A stretch of DNA of 64,000 nucleotides from an uncultured delta proteobacterium (GCA_963769935.1 CAVYNY010000010.1:448001-512000); one strand, 5' to 3'. Counted from the stretch's first letter, positions 19,713-30,286 are shown. Program-made: numbers and translations. Notes: generated by a model from the sequence alone, not told the origin.

Positions 19713-20652
19713 CCGTTTTTCACCTTAAAAATGATCTTTTTAGTCGTTTTAGGACTTTCGCAGCGTTTCTCCCTCGGGGCGCAAGCCCTATAGTCCGGAA
19801 GCTTCGAAGTCTGCGCTGAACAATTACGAGCTTCCTAAAGCATAAGATAGTTAAAAAAAATGTAACTTGAAAGTGTACTTTACCCCTAATTGTTAGTTGT
19901 TCCTGATATATACTCTTCACGGAAATCTGCACAAGCCTAATCTTCACATTCATTAGGAAGAGGAGAGGTCTATTTCGATCCCGCAAAGGTCAGCGAGAAA
20001 AAGATTGTTGACCGAGTAAATCAGACTGGTTTCAGAGCAAGGGTAATTGAAAAATTAAACTAATGCGCCCGAGAATTGTGGTCTAAGATAGATCCCGATC
20101 ATTCTTCCGGCATCTATCACATCTCACTTGCTCAGGTGTAGCCCAGCCGAAATAGGGTTTGTTTTGATTCAAAAGGTGAGAATCACTCTGCAGACAATGG
20201 CTATAAGTCCTCGGAAAATAGATTGCGGCAAAGCGAGGAATCTAATTATTATTCTTCGGTTTGGCTATCCGAAAATCTGTATCCTGGGATTGTGAGAAAG
20301 GAGTGGTTTGATTTGCGGTCTTTAAAGATTTCTTGCCTTATCTGCTATTTGGTCGAAGTGCATGTACGTCTCGTATATCTCATAATTTTACATGGTATCT
20401 AATCGATTGATAGATGGCAGTAACATTTATTTCAGTCTCCAAAACTGGCATCGACGATATCATCAATTTTTTTTCCTTGTAAAATTATAGCTGTGTCGGA
20501 GATATCAAGATTCACAACACCGGAGCTATAACTTCCCAACCCACTACACTTCAAGCCTGCGTGAGCTTTTCCTAAATCCGCATATCTTCCGGCGAAACCT
20601 CGATTTCAGTCAGAAGATACAGCATTGCGCAAATGGTATACCAAACAAGAAA

Positions 20653-20690
20653 CTTTGAACTGAGGATAGAGTCTTTGAACTGAGGATAGA
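20653..20690. repeat. Tandem 18-bp direct repeat CTTTGAACTGAGGATAGA x2
   Basis: Exact copies at 20653-20670 and 20673-20690. Confidence 0.7.
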
Positions 20691-21059
20691 ATGAAACTCT
20701 TAGAATAGTTTGACAAAGCAGGGCCATTCCTGACCCTGCCAAAGTTACTACCTGAAAAGGTGCCGTTATTCAAAGAGAAGATGCACGCACACCCAAGATA
20801 GCTTAAATGCCGCCCAAACGCTCCTGGCCACGGTTATGAGGCATCTCCGCTCCTAAAATAGGACAAAGCATCTAAGGCGCATGGATGTGAGCGCAGCAAT
20901 ATTGGATTTTTTCCCGGGGCGTGTCCCGGGTTGCATCGGCCGCCACCCTGCATTAAATTAGACGAAAACGAAAGAACAAGCACCGGAAATATCCGGTTTC
21001 CCCCGCGCAATGCCGAGCGCAAAGCTTATTCGAATTTAATCATAAGGGAGCAAGGATTG

Positions 21060-21797
21060 ATGCCTGAAAAGAAAAAAGTATACCGCAATGTCCGAACGGC
21101 CTTTATTGTTACGGGTCTGTTTCTCGGCGCCGTCATAGGAGTCCTTGTGTATTTCCTGGCCGCCGAAATAATCCGCGATGTGCAGCCGTTGCTTTCCGCC
21201 CCCGGGGCTTCGTATCCCCATGCCGATGCATGGCACATGGCCATAAACCTCTATCCCTACTACTGGTATACGACATTTCCGCTGATTTTGCTGTTCGCGG
21301 TGCTGGCGGCCCTGATTGCCTGGCTGTTTGTGCGGCCAAGCCTGCAAGCAGCGGCCGGCGGCAGCGGAAAGGCGGAATCCATTCCGCAGCGCGATCAGAA
21401 GGAAACCGAGCTTTCCGACCGCCGGCTTTTCCTGCATATGTTTGCTGCGATGCAGCGCGACGGCCGGCTGATGGATTTTTTGTCCGAAGATCTGGACCAG
21501 TACGAGGATGCCCAGATCGGCTCTGCCGTGCGCAACATCCATGCCGGCTGCCGGAAGGTGGTTCAAAAATACTTGGATCCGGAACCGGTCATGAAACAGG
21601 ACGAAGGCGAAACCGTGACCTTGCCGGAGGATTTCGATCCGGGGCTGATCACCTTGACCGGCAAGGTAACCGGAAAGCCGCCGTTTACCGGCATCCTGCG
21701 CCACAAAGGCTGGCAGGTCGGAAACATCGAACTGCCGAAGCTTTCGGGGCAACAAAATGCCCGCATAATCGCGCCGGCTGAGATTGAGATTGTTTGA
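21060..21797 (+). CDS. DUF2760 domain membrane protein (GrpE-like C-terminus)
   Basis: Two TM helices, then QRDGRLMDFL.E..DAQIGSAVR.IH.GC..G.PPF.G.LRHKGW..IIAPAEIEI; RBS before ATG 21060. Confidence 0.85.
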   Translation: MPEKKKVYRNVRTAFIVTGLFLGAVIGVLVYFLAAEIIRDVQPLLSAPGASYPHADAWHMAINLYPYYWYTTFPLILLFAVLAALIAWLFVRPSLQAAAGGSGKAESIPQRDQKETELSDRRLFLHMFAAMQRDGRLMDFLSEDLDQYEDAQIGSAVRNIHAGCRKVVQKYLDPEPVMKQDEGETVTLPEDFDPGLITLTGKVTGKPPFTGILRHKGWQVGNIELPKLSGQQNARIIAPAEIEIV

Positions 21798-21823
21798 TTT
21801 GCTGCCCCGCTGAATGAGAGGAT

Positions 21824-23617
21824 ATGATGAATACCCCCCGCTATATCGTGGGTTTGGACCTGGGCACCACCAACAGCATTTTGGCCTATGTTTCCATTTC
21901 CGGATTGGAGCAGGTCGAGCAGCCCGAGATCCAAATGCTGGAAATACCGCAGCTGGTCGGCCCCGGGACGGTTGCCGCCCAATCGATGCTGCCGTCCTTT
22001 ATCTACATGCCCGGCGAAAAAGATGTTGCAAAGGACGCGCTGGTCCTGCCCTGGACCGAATCAGCGCGGTTTTTAGTCGGAGAATATGCCCGCCGGCGCG
22101 GCGCCGAGATTCCCCAACGCCTGATTCATTCCGCCAAATCGTGGCTGTGTCATGCGGCGGTGGATCGCAATGAGCCCATTCTTCCCTGGGGAGCCTCGCC
22201 GGAGGTCGAAAAACTTTCACCGGTAGCCGCATCGGCAGCGATTCTGGACCACATCCGATGCGCCTGGAACCAGCGCATGGCCCAAGAGGATGAGAAGCTG
22301 GCACTGGAATTCCAGGACATCTACCTGACGGTGCCGGCCTCCTTCGATGCGGTCGCCAGAGAGTTGACCGCCAAGGCGGCGGAAATTGCCCAGCTGCCCA
22401 ACATCACCCTGCTGGAAGAGCCCCAGGCCGCATTTTATGCCTGGATCGCCGCATCGAAAGGCGGCTGGCGCGAAGCGATATCCGCCGGAGATCTGGTACT
22501 GGTCTGCGATATCGGCGGCGGAACCAGCGACTTCAGCCTAATCCAGGTTACGGAATCGGACGGCGCCCTGGCGCTGGAACGAATCGCCGTGGGAAGTCAC
22601 CTGTTGGTCGGCGGCGACAACATGGACCTTGCCTTGGCGTATGCAGTCGCCGAGCGGTTGAAAGCAAAGGGGGTGCGACTGGATTCGTGGCAGATGCGCG
22701 CGCTCTGGAACCGCTGCCGGGACGCCAAGGAAACGCTTCTGGAAAATTCCGAGCATGAATCGGTGCCGGTCTCCATTCTGGGCCGCAGCAGCAGCGTCAT
22801 CGGCGGAACCCGCAGGATAGATTTGGAGCGAAGCATTGTTGAGCAGGTGATCCTGGATGGATTCTTCCCCCTTTGTCCGCCGACAGCGCGCCCTGAAATA
22901 ATTCCGCGCACCGGTCTCCGGGAAATCGGGCTGACCTATGAATCCGATCCGGCCGTCACCCGCCACCTGGCCCATTTCGTCAGCCGGCAGTCCGAGGCCG
23001 CCCCGAAGTTTCCCACGGCGGTCTTGTTCAATGGCGGCGTCATGAAAGCGCCCGCGATACGCAATCGGGTGGTCGAGGTGCTTTCAGCATGGCAGCAAGG
23101 CAGCGCACCGCATGTTCTGGAGTCGGCGAGCCTCGACCTCGCCGTGGCCAGGGGTGCGGCCTATTACGGCCTCGCACGGCGGGGGCGCGGTGTTCGGATT
23201 CGCAGCGGGCTGAATCAAGCTTATTATATCGGCATCGCCGCAGCGCTGCCGGCAGTGCCGGGCATGCCACCGCCGATCAAAGCATTGTGCGTGGCGCCGT
23301 TCGGTATGGAGGAGGGCTCGGAAACCGAGCCTACCGAGCGCATCTTCAATCTCGTCGTCGGAGAAAAGGCCAAATTCGAATTTCTCGGTTCCCCGGCGCG
23401 CACCGAAGACACCATGGGCGTGGTCATCGAGGATTGGGAGCAGGACATCGAACCCATCACCACCGTGGAAACCACCCTGGAAGGAGATCCGGGAGCCGTC
23501 ATCCCGGTCTCGATCCAGGTCCGGCTCACCGAAGTGGGCACCCTGGAGCTGTGGTGCGTTTCCCGCAAGGACGGCAAACGCTGGAAACTCGAGTTCAACG
23601 TACGGGTAAAATTATGA
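21824..23617 (+). CDS. Atypical Hsp70-family protein
   Basis: GLDLGTTNS, TVPASFD, LLEEPQAAFY, DIGGGTSDF, GGDNMD, ARGAAYYG. Confidence 0.92.
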   Translation: MMNTPRYIVGLDLGTTNSILAYVSISGLEQVEQPEIQMLEIPQLVGPGTVAAQSMLPSFIYMPGEKDVAKDALVLPWTESARFLVGEYARRRGAEIPQRLIHSAKSWLCHAAVDRNEPILPWGASPEVEKLSPVAASAAILDHIRCAWNQRMAQEDEKLALEFQDIYLTVPASFDAVARELTAKAAEIAQLPNITLLEEPQAAFYAWIAASKGGWREAISAGDLVLVCDIGGGTSDFSLIQVTESDGALALERIAVGSHLLVGGDNMDLALAYAVAERLKAKGVRLDSWQMRALWNRCRDAKETLLENSEHESVPVSILGRSSSVIGGTRRIDLERSIVEQVILDGFFPLCPPTARPEIIPRTGLREIGLTYESDPAVTRHLAHFVSRQSEAAPKFPTAVLFNGGVMKAPAIRNRVVEVLSAWQQGSAPHVLESASLDLAVARGAAYYGLARRGRGVRIRSGLNQAYYIGIAAALPAVPGMPPPIKALCVAPFGMEEGSETEPTERIFNLVVGEKAKFEFLGSPARTEDTMGVVIEDWEQDIEPITTVETTLEGDPGAVIPVSIQVRLTEVGTLELWCVSRKDGKRWKLEFNVRVKL

Positions 23618-26394
23618 CCATCGGACTGAAAGACCGCCGCTTTATCGTCGGCATCGACCTGGGAACCACCAACTGCGAGGTTTCGTTTCTCGATACCGAA
23701 ACCGCAGGCCTGAAGGCAGGCAGCATTCGCAGCTTTCCCATTGCCCAGCTGGTTGCAGCCGGCGAGGTGTCGTCAGCACCGGTGCTGCCCTCTTTTTTGT
23801 ATCTGCCCGGCGAATACGACATTTCCCGCGAGGCCGTCGTCCGCCTCTGGGATGGCGCGGACAGCCGTTTTGCCGGCATTTTTGCCCGTGATCACGGTTC
23901 CGGAGTTCCGGAGCGCCTGGTATCGTCCGCCAAAAGCTGGCTATGCCACGCCGCGGCCGATCGCCGCGCTAAAATTCTACCCTGGGGATCGGGCGGGGAC
24001 GTGCCCAAGGTGTCGCCGGTAACGGCCTCGGCCGCCTATCTCGAACATATTCGCAGGGTCTGGAACACGTTTTGGGGCGGAGATGAAACGCTGCATCTCG
24101 AAAACCAGCTGGTAATCATAACCGTGCCGGCCTCTTTCGACGAAGTTGCCCGCGAGCTGACCCTGGAAGCTGCCAAGCTGGCTGGCATGGGCGACATCAT
24201 TCTGCTCGAAGAGCCGTTGGCCGCCTTCTACAGCTGGCTGATGCGCCATGAAAAGAACTGGCGGGATTCGGTGCAGCCGGGCGAAATGATCCTGGTCTGC
24301 GACGTCGGAGGGGGGACCACCGACTTTACCCTCATCGTGTTGCAGGAGCATGACGGCGGCCCCCGATTTGAAAGGATTGCGGTAGGCGATCACCTGATCC
24401 TCGGCGGGGACAATATCGACCTGGCCTTGGCCCGCCGGGTCGAAACCCGCTTGGGCGGGGCCCGACGCAGCATGAGCACCCGCCGCTGGAAGGAGCTGTG
24501 CCATCAATGCCGCCGGGCGAAGGAGTCTCTTTTGAGCGGCGAGAAACAAGCCTTTACCATCACCATGGTGGGAAAAGGCGGCAAACTGATTGCCGACACT
24601 CTCACGGCCGTGCTCGATCGGCAGGAGGTGGCCGAGCTGGTGCTCGAAGGCTTTTTCCCGCTGGTCGAGTCATCGCTGCCGGCCGGCCCGGACAGCCGCA
24701 AGGGGATTACGGAATTCGGCCTGCCCTACGAACAGGAACCGGCCATCACCAGACACCTGCTTTGGTTTCTCAACCGGCACACTGAGGACGTCCACCGCAG
24801 TCTGAATCGCAGCAAGCCGCTGCCGAACTGGATTTTGTGCAACGGCGGTTCGCTGAAACCCGAAATTGTTCAACAGCGGATTCAAGCCGCCGTTGGACGC
24901 GGTTTTCAGGTCGAGGATTCTTCGATCCCGCAGATGCTGGAAAATCCGGATTTGGACAATGCTGTGTCCCTTGGGGCGACCTATTACGGGCTTGTTAAAA
25001 TCGGACAGGGGGTGAAAGTCGGCAGTGGAAGCCCCAGAGCGTACTATCTCGAAGTGGCCCGCCCTGAAGACGCCGCCCAAACTGCCCCACAGGCGGTCTG
25101 CGTCGTGGAGCGGGGACTGGAAGAAGGCAGCGCGATAAGCATGGAAAACCGGTCTTTTGAAGTGTTGACCAATCAGCCGGTCAGCTTCAACCTTTACAGT
25201 TCGAGTTACCGCAGCGGCGACCGGCACGGTGAGGTGGTCACGATCGACGATTCCCTGAGGCCCCTGCCGCCGCTGCAGACAGTTGTTCAGTTCGGCAAAA
25301 AAGGCGTGCAAAGGACCCTGCCGATCCGGATCGAAGCTGAATTTACGGAAATCGGGACGCTGGCGCTGCGCTGCCGCTCACAGATCAGCGATCACCGCTG
25401 GAAGCTTGGATTTCAGCTGCGAAACGAACCTCAGACAGCCGGGGTGGCCGACGACCAGATTCTGGATGCCGACACCATTGCCGTTGCCCAGCGGCATGTG
25501 CACCGGGTTCTGACGGAAAGCGACAAACAGCCGGTGGAAAAATTGCTCGTCGACATCTCCGGGCTGGTGGAGCTGCCCCGCGACGACTGGCCGCTGAGTC
25601 TCATCCGTTCCCTGGCCGACGAGCTGCTGAGCCTGAACGGTGTCCGGCAAACAAGCCCGGTTCATGAAAGCGGCTGGATGAATCTGCTGGGGTTTTGTCT
25701 GCGCCCGGGCATCGGGGAGAGCTTCGACGAACAGCGTGTCGGCCGTCTCTGGAAACACTACCTGAACGGTCCGGAATATTCCAGACACACCCGCGTCCGG
25801 CTGGAATGGTGGATTTTGTGGCGCAGGATCGCCGCCGGCCTGAATGCCGGCCAGCAGCATCATTTTTTTCAAAATGTGTCCGCCGCCCTTTTCGACAACA
25901 AAGGCAAGGCGCCCAAAACCTCGGCTCAGGAGCGACTGGAAATCTGGATGGCGGTCGCCAACATGGAAAAGCTCGATCCCGCGGAAAAAATCGCTCTGGG
26001 ACAACAGCTGATAAAAGCGACCTCTCCTAAAAAAATCAAACCCCAGCACCTATGGGCCCTTTCCCGGCTGGGGGCGCGGGAGCTGCTGTATGGACCGATC
26101 AATCGGGTCATTCCGCCCGAGGAGACGGCCGGCTGGATCGAATGGCTGCTTGAATTCGAACGCTCCAACCCCGTTACCATTGCCCGCGCAGTTTCGCAGA
26201 TGGCCCGCAAAACCAACGATCGGGCGCGCGACCTGGATGATAAGATGCGCTCCCGGGTGCTGGCCTGGATGCACGACCATGAGCTGCCTACGAACCTGAT
26301 CGATCCGGTTCGCAAAGTCCTGCCCCTGGAACGTCAGGATCAGAAGGCCATGTTCGGTGAGTCGCTGCCTTCAGGCATCATCTTGAAAGAATAA
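23614..26394 (+). CDS. Atypical Hsp70-family protein with C-terminal DUF3731-like extension
   Basis: True start ATG 23614 overlaps the previous stop (ATGA); GIDLGTTN, DVGGGTTDF; tail NLLGFCLRPG, WWILWRRIAAGL, GESLPSG. Confidence 0.92.
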   Translation: MTIGLKDRRFIVGIDLGTTNCEVSFLDTETAGLKAGSIRSFPIAQLVAAGEVSSAPVLPSFLYLPGEYDISREAVVRLWDGADSRFAGIFARDHGSGVPERLVSSAKSWLCHAAADRRAKILPWGSGGDVPKVSPVTASAAYLEHIRRVWNTFWGGDETLHLENQLVIITVPASFDEVARELTLEAAKLAGMGDIILLEEPLAAFYSWLMRHEKNWRDSVQPGEMILVCDVGGGTTDFTLIVLQEHDGGPRFERIAVGDHLILGGDNIDLALARRVETRLGGARRSMSTRRWKELCHQCRRAKESLLSGEKQAFTITMVGKGGKLIADTLTAVLDRQEVAELVLEGFFPLVESSLPAGPDSRKGITEFGLPYEQEPAITRHLLWFLNRHTEDVHRSLNRSKPLPNWILCNGGSLKPEIVQQRIQAAVGRGFQVEDSSIPQMLENPDLDNAVSLGATYYGLVKIGQGVKVGSGSPRAYYLEVARPEDAAQTAPQAVCVVERGLEEGSAISMENRSFEVLTNQPVSFNLYSSSYRSGDRHGEVVTIDDSLRPLPPLQTVVQFGKKGVQRTLPIRIEAEFTEIGTLALRCRSQISDHRWKLGFQLRNEPQTAGVADDQILDADTIAVAQRHVHRVLTESDKQPVEKLLVDISGLVELPRDDWPLSLIRSLADELLSLNGVRQTSPVHESGWMNLLGFCLRPGIGESFDEQRVGRLWKHYLNGPEYSRHTRVRLEWWILWRRIAAGLNAGQQHHFFQNVSAALFDNKGKAPKTSAQERLEIWMAVANMEKLDPAEKIALGQQLIKATSPKKIKPQHLWALSRLGARELLYGPINRVIPPEETAGWIEWLLEFERSNPVTIARAVSQMARKTNDRARDLDDKMRSRVLAWMHDHELPTNLIDPVRKVLPLERQDQKAMFGESLPSGIILKE

Positions 26395-26695
26395 AAGAGG
26401 TTGTGAGCTTAAAGGCTTGGGGCTTCGATCCCACATCGGATCTAAAAAAACGAACGGACGTTTCTCTTGGCACCGGTTGGGGCCTGACCGCCCCGACAGG
26501 TGTTCCCTCGACCTCCAGCGGCATGGAGGGGTTTACGTATCAGCCGCGAACGGAAGGAGTCTATTGACTCCACGGTAGCCAGGTATTACCTTACAATTAC
26601 GTTCTTTCCATTCCGACAGTGCTCGAAAGCGTGAAGATGCGGTAGGCGTCTGTTTCGCGCCTCCCCTATGCTTCGGTGAGAAGGGAGCGGGAAAA

Positions 26696-28972
26696 ATGCC
26701 CGGACCTGGTATTCACATCAGCGTGATGCGGCACGTGGCCAAGGCCCTCGCTGAGTCAGGCTACACGCCGACGCGAAGCCAACGGATCGATCCCCGATGG
26801 ACGGGTGCGAACGCCGCTCAGCTCGGTCGCATCATGCGCGAGCACGATAACTTCGCGGCTCTGGGCGCGCACGGACCAGACCTCTTCTTCCTCCTGCCCG
26901 ACTTCCGGGACGCCGACGGCATCCCCGTCTCGAGCGTCCTCACCATTGTCCTGGAATTCCTCGAAGGCCTGTATGACACCCTCGATCCCTACATCTCGAA
27001 ATGGGAGCACTATCTCGGGCCCATCAGCGAGGACACGGCGGAGGAGATCAGCCGCCTGACTGGAGGTCTCTCCGAAACTCTCGGCGACATCTCCGGCGAG
27101 CTCGCCGGCATCCTGACGACGGCCCTCGAGGACTTCGTCACGGGGCAGGCCGATCTTTGGGAATTTTTCTCACTCGGACACAACAAGGGTTACGACGACC
27201 AGGCGTTCTTCTGGTCCGACATCGGCCACTATCGACGAACCGGGGCCTTCGCCCGCGCCCTGTGGGATCACGCCAACGGCGATATGGCCGACGATGGCCT
27301 GCGCGCCTACACCCTCGGCTACATGACACACATTGGGGCGGATACCACCGCGCACTCGTTCGTGAACTCGATCAGCGGGGGCCCGTTCCGGACTCATTGG
27401 CAGCGGCACCACCTGGTCGAGAATCACATGGACGCGCTCTGGTACCTTCACGACGATCTGGGACCGAAGTCAGGCGATCAGTACCCGCAATTCACCGAGT
27501 CGGCATTGTACTATGACCTCGCCTTTGATGACGACGGTGGCGTCATCCCTCGCCCCTCCTACCCTACCGGCGGCACGCTCCGCGAGAACTGGGAGCGCGC
27601 TCGCAAGCTCGACATCGATTCGGAGCTGCCCGATTCGATCGCGGAGCTGCTGCTGAAAGCGATCGAGGATGTGTACTACGGGCCGGACGGATCTCACCCG
27701 AAGATCTTGCGCGGCGCCGACGGGCGGCCGACGGCAGAGCAGATCGCCGAGGCATATCGGTTGTGGATCCGGCTCCTGAAACTCGTCACCGTGGATGGGT
27801 TCTCACACGAGCCGCCCCCGCCTCCCGATGTCTTTCCGAACCTCGACTTTCCCACTCCGAGTGACCCCAACGACGACCCGCCGGATGGCGACGACAACAG
27901 TTGGTGGGACGACATCTTGGACTTCATCCTGTCGGTGATCGCGGTAATCGCATACATCCTTGAGGTGATCGCCTATCTGGCGACACTCCCGTGGGCGGTC
28001 CTTGCCGACGTCATTACTTACCCGTTCAGGCTCGCCCTCTACTACGCCCTGGAGCTTCCCCTGTTCCACATGCTCAAGGCCTTCCGCTCGGTGTTGGTCA
28101 TGACAGGGTATTTCCATCCAATGGAGGACGAGATCCGCCTCGGGCTGGTTCGGGTCGGCGATCAGGACAAGGTGAGTGTCCAAGCGCTGAACAACGACAT
28201 CAGCGATGTCTTCGGGGGCTTGACACCTCCCGAGGAGGAGCGGGTGATGTTCCGGGATCCGGCGTACCCGTATGCTCACGCCGAGGACGAGTTTCACCAT
28301 CCGTGGGACTACCCCGACCCGAGCGTTCCGACCGAGCGCTGCCCGACCACGGCAGGTCCGTGGGCCAGGCACGACGGTCCGGACGCGTTGTTCGCCGACG
28401 CTGACCAGGATCCCGCGATCCGTGACGGTCTCGAGTCGGCCGATGGTCCCCTCGCGGCTGACACCGTGGGGCTCTCGGTCGGTCCGCAGAACAACCTGGG
28501 CGACTCTGTGGCGTTCTGCAAGTACCTCATCTGGCTGACGACGCGAGATCCAAAACAGAAAAAAGGCCGAGATCCCGAGCTCGTGGACTGGAACCTCGAC
28601 GCTGACCGCGGCTACGGCTATCACGACTGGGACTGGAATCGCGACCCCAGCCTGCCGACCGTCGACGACCCCGAGGGCAACCCGTTCCACCAACCCTGCA
28701 CATGGCCATCACAGGCGGAGTCGCCGCCGACGCCGTACGACCCGAATATCCCGCTGAAGCTTCACTGGACTGGACCGGGACTCGACGACCCAGGGTGCCG
28801 CGTGGACAGCACTTGTGCCGGTGCCGGCCCTGTCATCCTGCGGGTCCGCCCGGACACACGGCCGCGCCCGGGGAGGACCAGGCCCGTAGGCCCGCGCCTT
28901 CGCGCTTCGAAACCAGCGCCCAGGTCCCGCCGCCGGCCGGCCGGTGAGGCGAGCGGAGGAGGCTCGAAATGA
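26696..28972 (+). CDS. Zinc-dependent phospholipase C family protein (758 aa, GC-rich)
   Basis: N-terminal PGPGIH, GAHGPDLFF, GYMTHIGADTTAH, HHLVENHMD Zn-ligand motifs; central hydrophobic segment; no signal peptide. Confidence 0.8.
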   Translation: MPGPGIHISVMRHVAKALAESGYTPTRSQRIDPRWTGANAAQLGRIMREHDNFAALGAHGPDLFFLLPDFRDADGIPVSSVLTIVLEFLEGLYDTLDPYISKWEHYLGPISEDTAEEISRLTGGLSETLGDISGELAGILTTALEDFVTGQADLWEFFSLGHNKGYDDQAFFWSDIGHYRRTGAFARALWDHANGDMADDGLRAYTLGYMTHIGADTTAHSFVNSISGGPFRTHWQRHHLVENHMDALWYLHDDLGPKSGDQYPQFTESALYYDLAFDDDGGVIPRPSYPTGGTLRENWERARKLDIDSELPDSIAELLLKAIEDVYYGPDGSHPKILRGADGRPTAEQIAEAYRLWIRLLKLVTVDGFSHEPPPPPDVFPNLDFPTPSDPNDDPPDGDDNSWWDDILDFILSVIAVIAYILEVIAYLATLPWAVLADVITYPFRLALYYALELPLFHMLKAFRSVLVMTGYFHPMEDEIRLGLVRVGDQDKVSVQALNNDISDVFGGLTPPEEERVMFRDPAYPYAHAEDEFHHPWDYPDPSVPTERCPTTAGPWARHDGPDALFADADQDPAIRDGLESADGPLAADTVGLSVGPQNNLGDSVAFCKYLIWLTTRDPKQKKGRDPELVDWNLDADRGYGYHDWDWNRDPSLPTVDDPEGNPFHQPCTWPSQAESPPTPYDPNIPLKLHWTGPGLDDPGCRVDSTCAGAGPVILRVRPDTRPRPGRTRPVGPRLRASKPAPRSRRRPAGEASGGGSK

Positions 28973-30282
28973 GGTACCGGAGGAAGCGCAAGGATCGCTT
29001 GTGCTGCTGCGCCTGTCACGGAGGCACAAAGCTGCATGCAACGGACACGTGCGATTGTGGACAGCCGATCTGTCCCCCGGGCCGGCCACCCAAACCCGAG
29101 CCGTGTCCACCTCCACCCACCCGACCGCAACCGGGGACAGTCGACCTACCACACCCCGAGCCGCCCACGATCCCGACGGGGCCGGTGCCACCATGGGGAG
29201 AGGGCAAACCGCCAGCTGGTGACCCTGGGCAGATCCCGTGGTTCCGTGGTGTCATAAGCGATTTCGGGCGCAAGGGTCCGAGATTCGGCCCGCGTAAGGA
29301 CGAGTTCCTGCCATACTTATTTGTGAGGGCAGCGTCCGGCGACCGAGGCGCACGGCCGTTCAGTGGCGTGTTCTGGGAGTCGCCGGACATCTTCGTCGCG
29401 GCCGGGCAGCGAGCTGACTCCGCACCGCTCTTCCCACCTACCGGCGCCGGTATCGCCACTGCGGCAGCTCCGAATACGCTCTATGCGCACGTCTGGAACC
29501 TGGGCAAGGCGCCTGCCTACCGGGTCCGAGTGGAGTTCTATTGGTTCAATCCGTCGCTCGGAATCGGCCGGGCCGACGCCAACCTGATCGGGGCGGCGTG
29601 GGTGGATCTCGCCAACCGCTTCACGCTGTACCCGCAGTGGGAGCAACGGACGGGCCCCGACGGCAATGCGTACGTCACACGCGGGTGCCACGCGATCGTT
29701 CGCTGCCCGCAGACCTGGATCTCGCTGTTCGAGAACGGTGGCCACGAGTGCCTGGTGGTGCGTGCGTTCGAGCCGATGATGGACGCCATTCCGCCCGACC
29801 AGTTCTCCGCGACCGCGGACCGGCATGTGGCCCAGCGAAACATCGCGGTAGTCCAGGCGGCCTCGCCGGCGGGGCTCGACCTGCCGCTCGATCTCGGCTA
29901 CCCGAACACGCCGTCTGATGCCGAGGTAGACCTCCAAATCGATGCTCCCGCCTCCATGGAATGGCTCAAGGCCTACACCGGCAGGCCGAACCCCGGCCTG
30001 GTGAGCCCGGGACTCCCGGTGATCGCGGGGTTCCTCCCGCCGAGTGTTCCAGCAGCCCGGCGGCTCGTTCTGCAAGATCTCCCGCAGGAAGCCCGGGCCT
30101 CGCTGCTGCGTCCCAGGGAACGGTTCGAGCGTGCATGCTGCCCGCTCCGCGTCCAATTCCATGCCAGCGTCAGCGACCTGAAGCACGGCGAGGCCCAGGT
30201 ACTCCGACTGCGACAGCGGGTGCAGGGCGAGATCCTCGGCGGGTATTCCGTCGTCCTGCTCGCGGCCGGGTCAGGGCCATGA
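28969..30282 (+). CDS. Hypothetical protein with Cys/Pro-rich N-terminus and probable beta-sandwich domain (GC-rich)
   Basis: ATGA overlap with PLC; CCCACH..CDC; FWESPDIFV..NTLYAHVWNLG..VRVEFYWFNPS..HECLVVR..HVAQRN. Confidence 0.8.
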   Translation: MRYRRKRKDRLCCCACHGGTKLHATDTCDCGQPICPPGRPPKPEPCPPPPTRPQPGTVDLPHPEPPTIPTGPVPPWGEGKPPAGDPGQIPWFRGVISDFGRKGPRFGPRKDEFLPYLFVRAASGDRGARPFSGVFWESPDIFVAAGQRADSAPLFPPTGAGIATAAAPNTLYAHVWNLGKAPAYRVRVEFYWFNPSLGIGRADANLIGAAWVDLANRFTLYPQWEQRTGPDGNAYVTRGCHAIVRCPQTWISLFENGGHECLVVRAFEPMMDAIPPDQFSATADRHVAQRNIAVVQAASPAGLDLPLDLGYPNTPSDAEVDLQIDAPASMEWLKAYTGRPNPGLVSPGLPVIAGFLPPSVPAARRLVLQDLPQEARASLLRPRERFERACCPLRVQFHASVSDLKHGEAQVLRLRQRVQGEILGGYSVVLLAAGSGP

Positions 30283-30286
30283 ATAA

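Noticed and set aside
20653..20690. Short tandem repeats (also 6548, 55194, 43756) as CRISPR arrays
   Set aside because: Only two to four adjacent copies, no spacers and no cas genes.
23089..23613. 175-aa N-terminal extension of the second Hsp70 in the ORF track
   Set aside because: Out-of-frame overlap with the first Hsp70; the natural start is ATG 23614.
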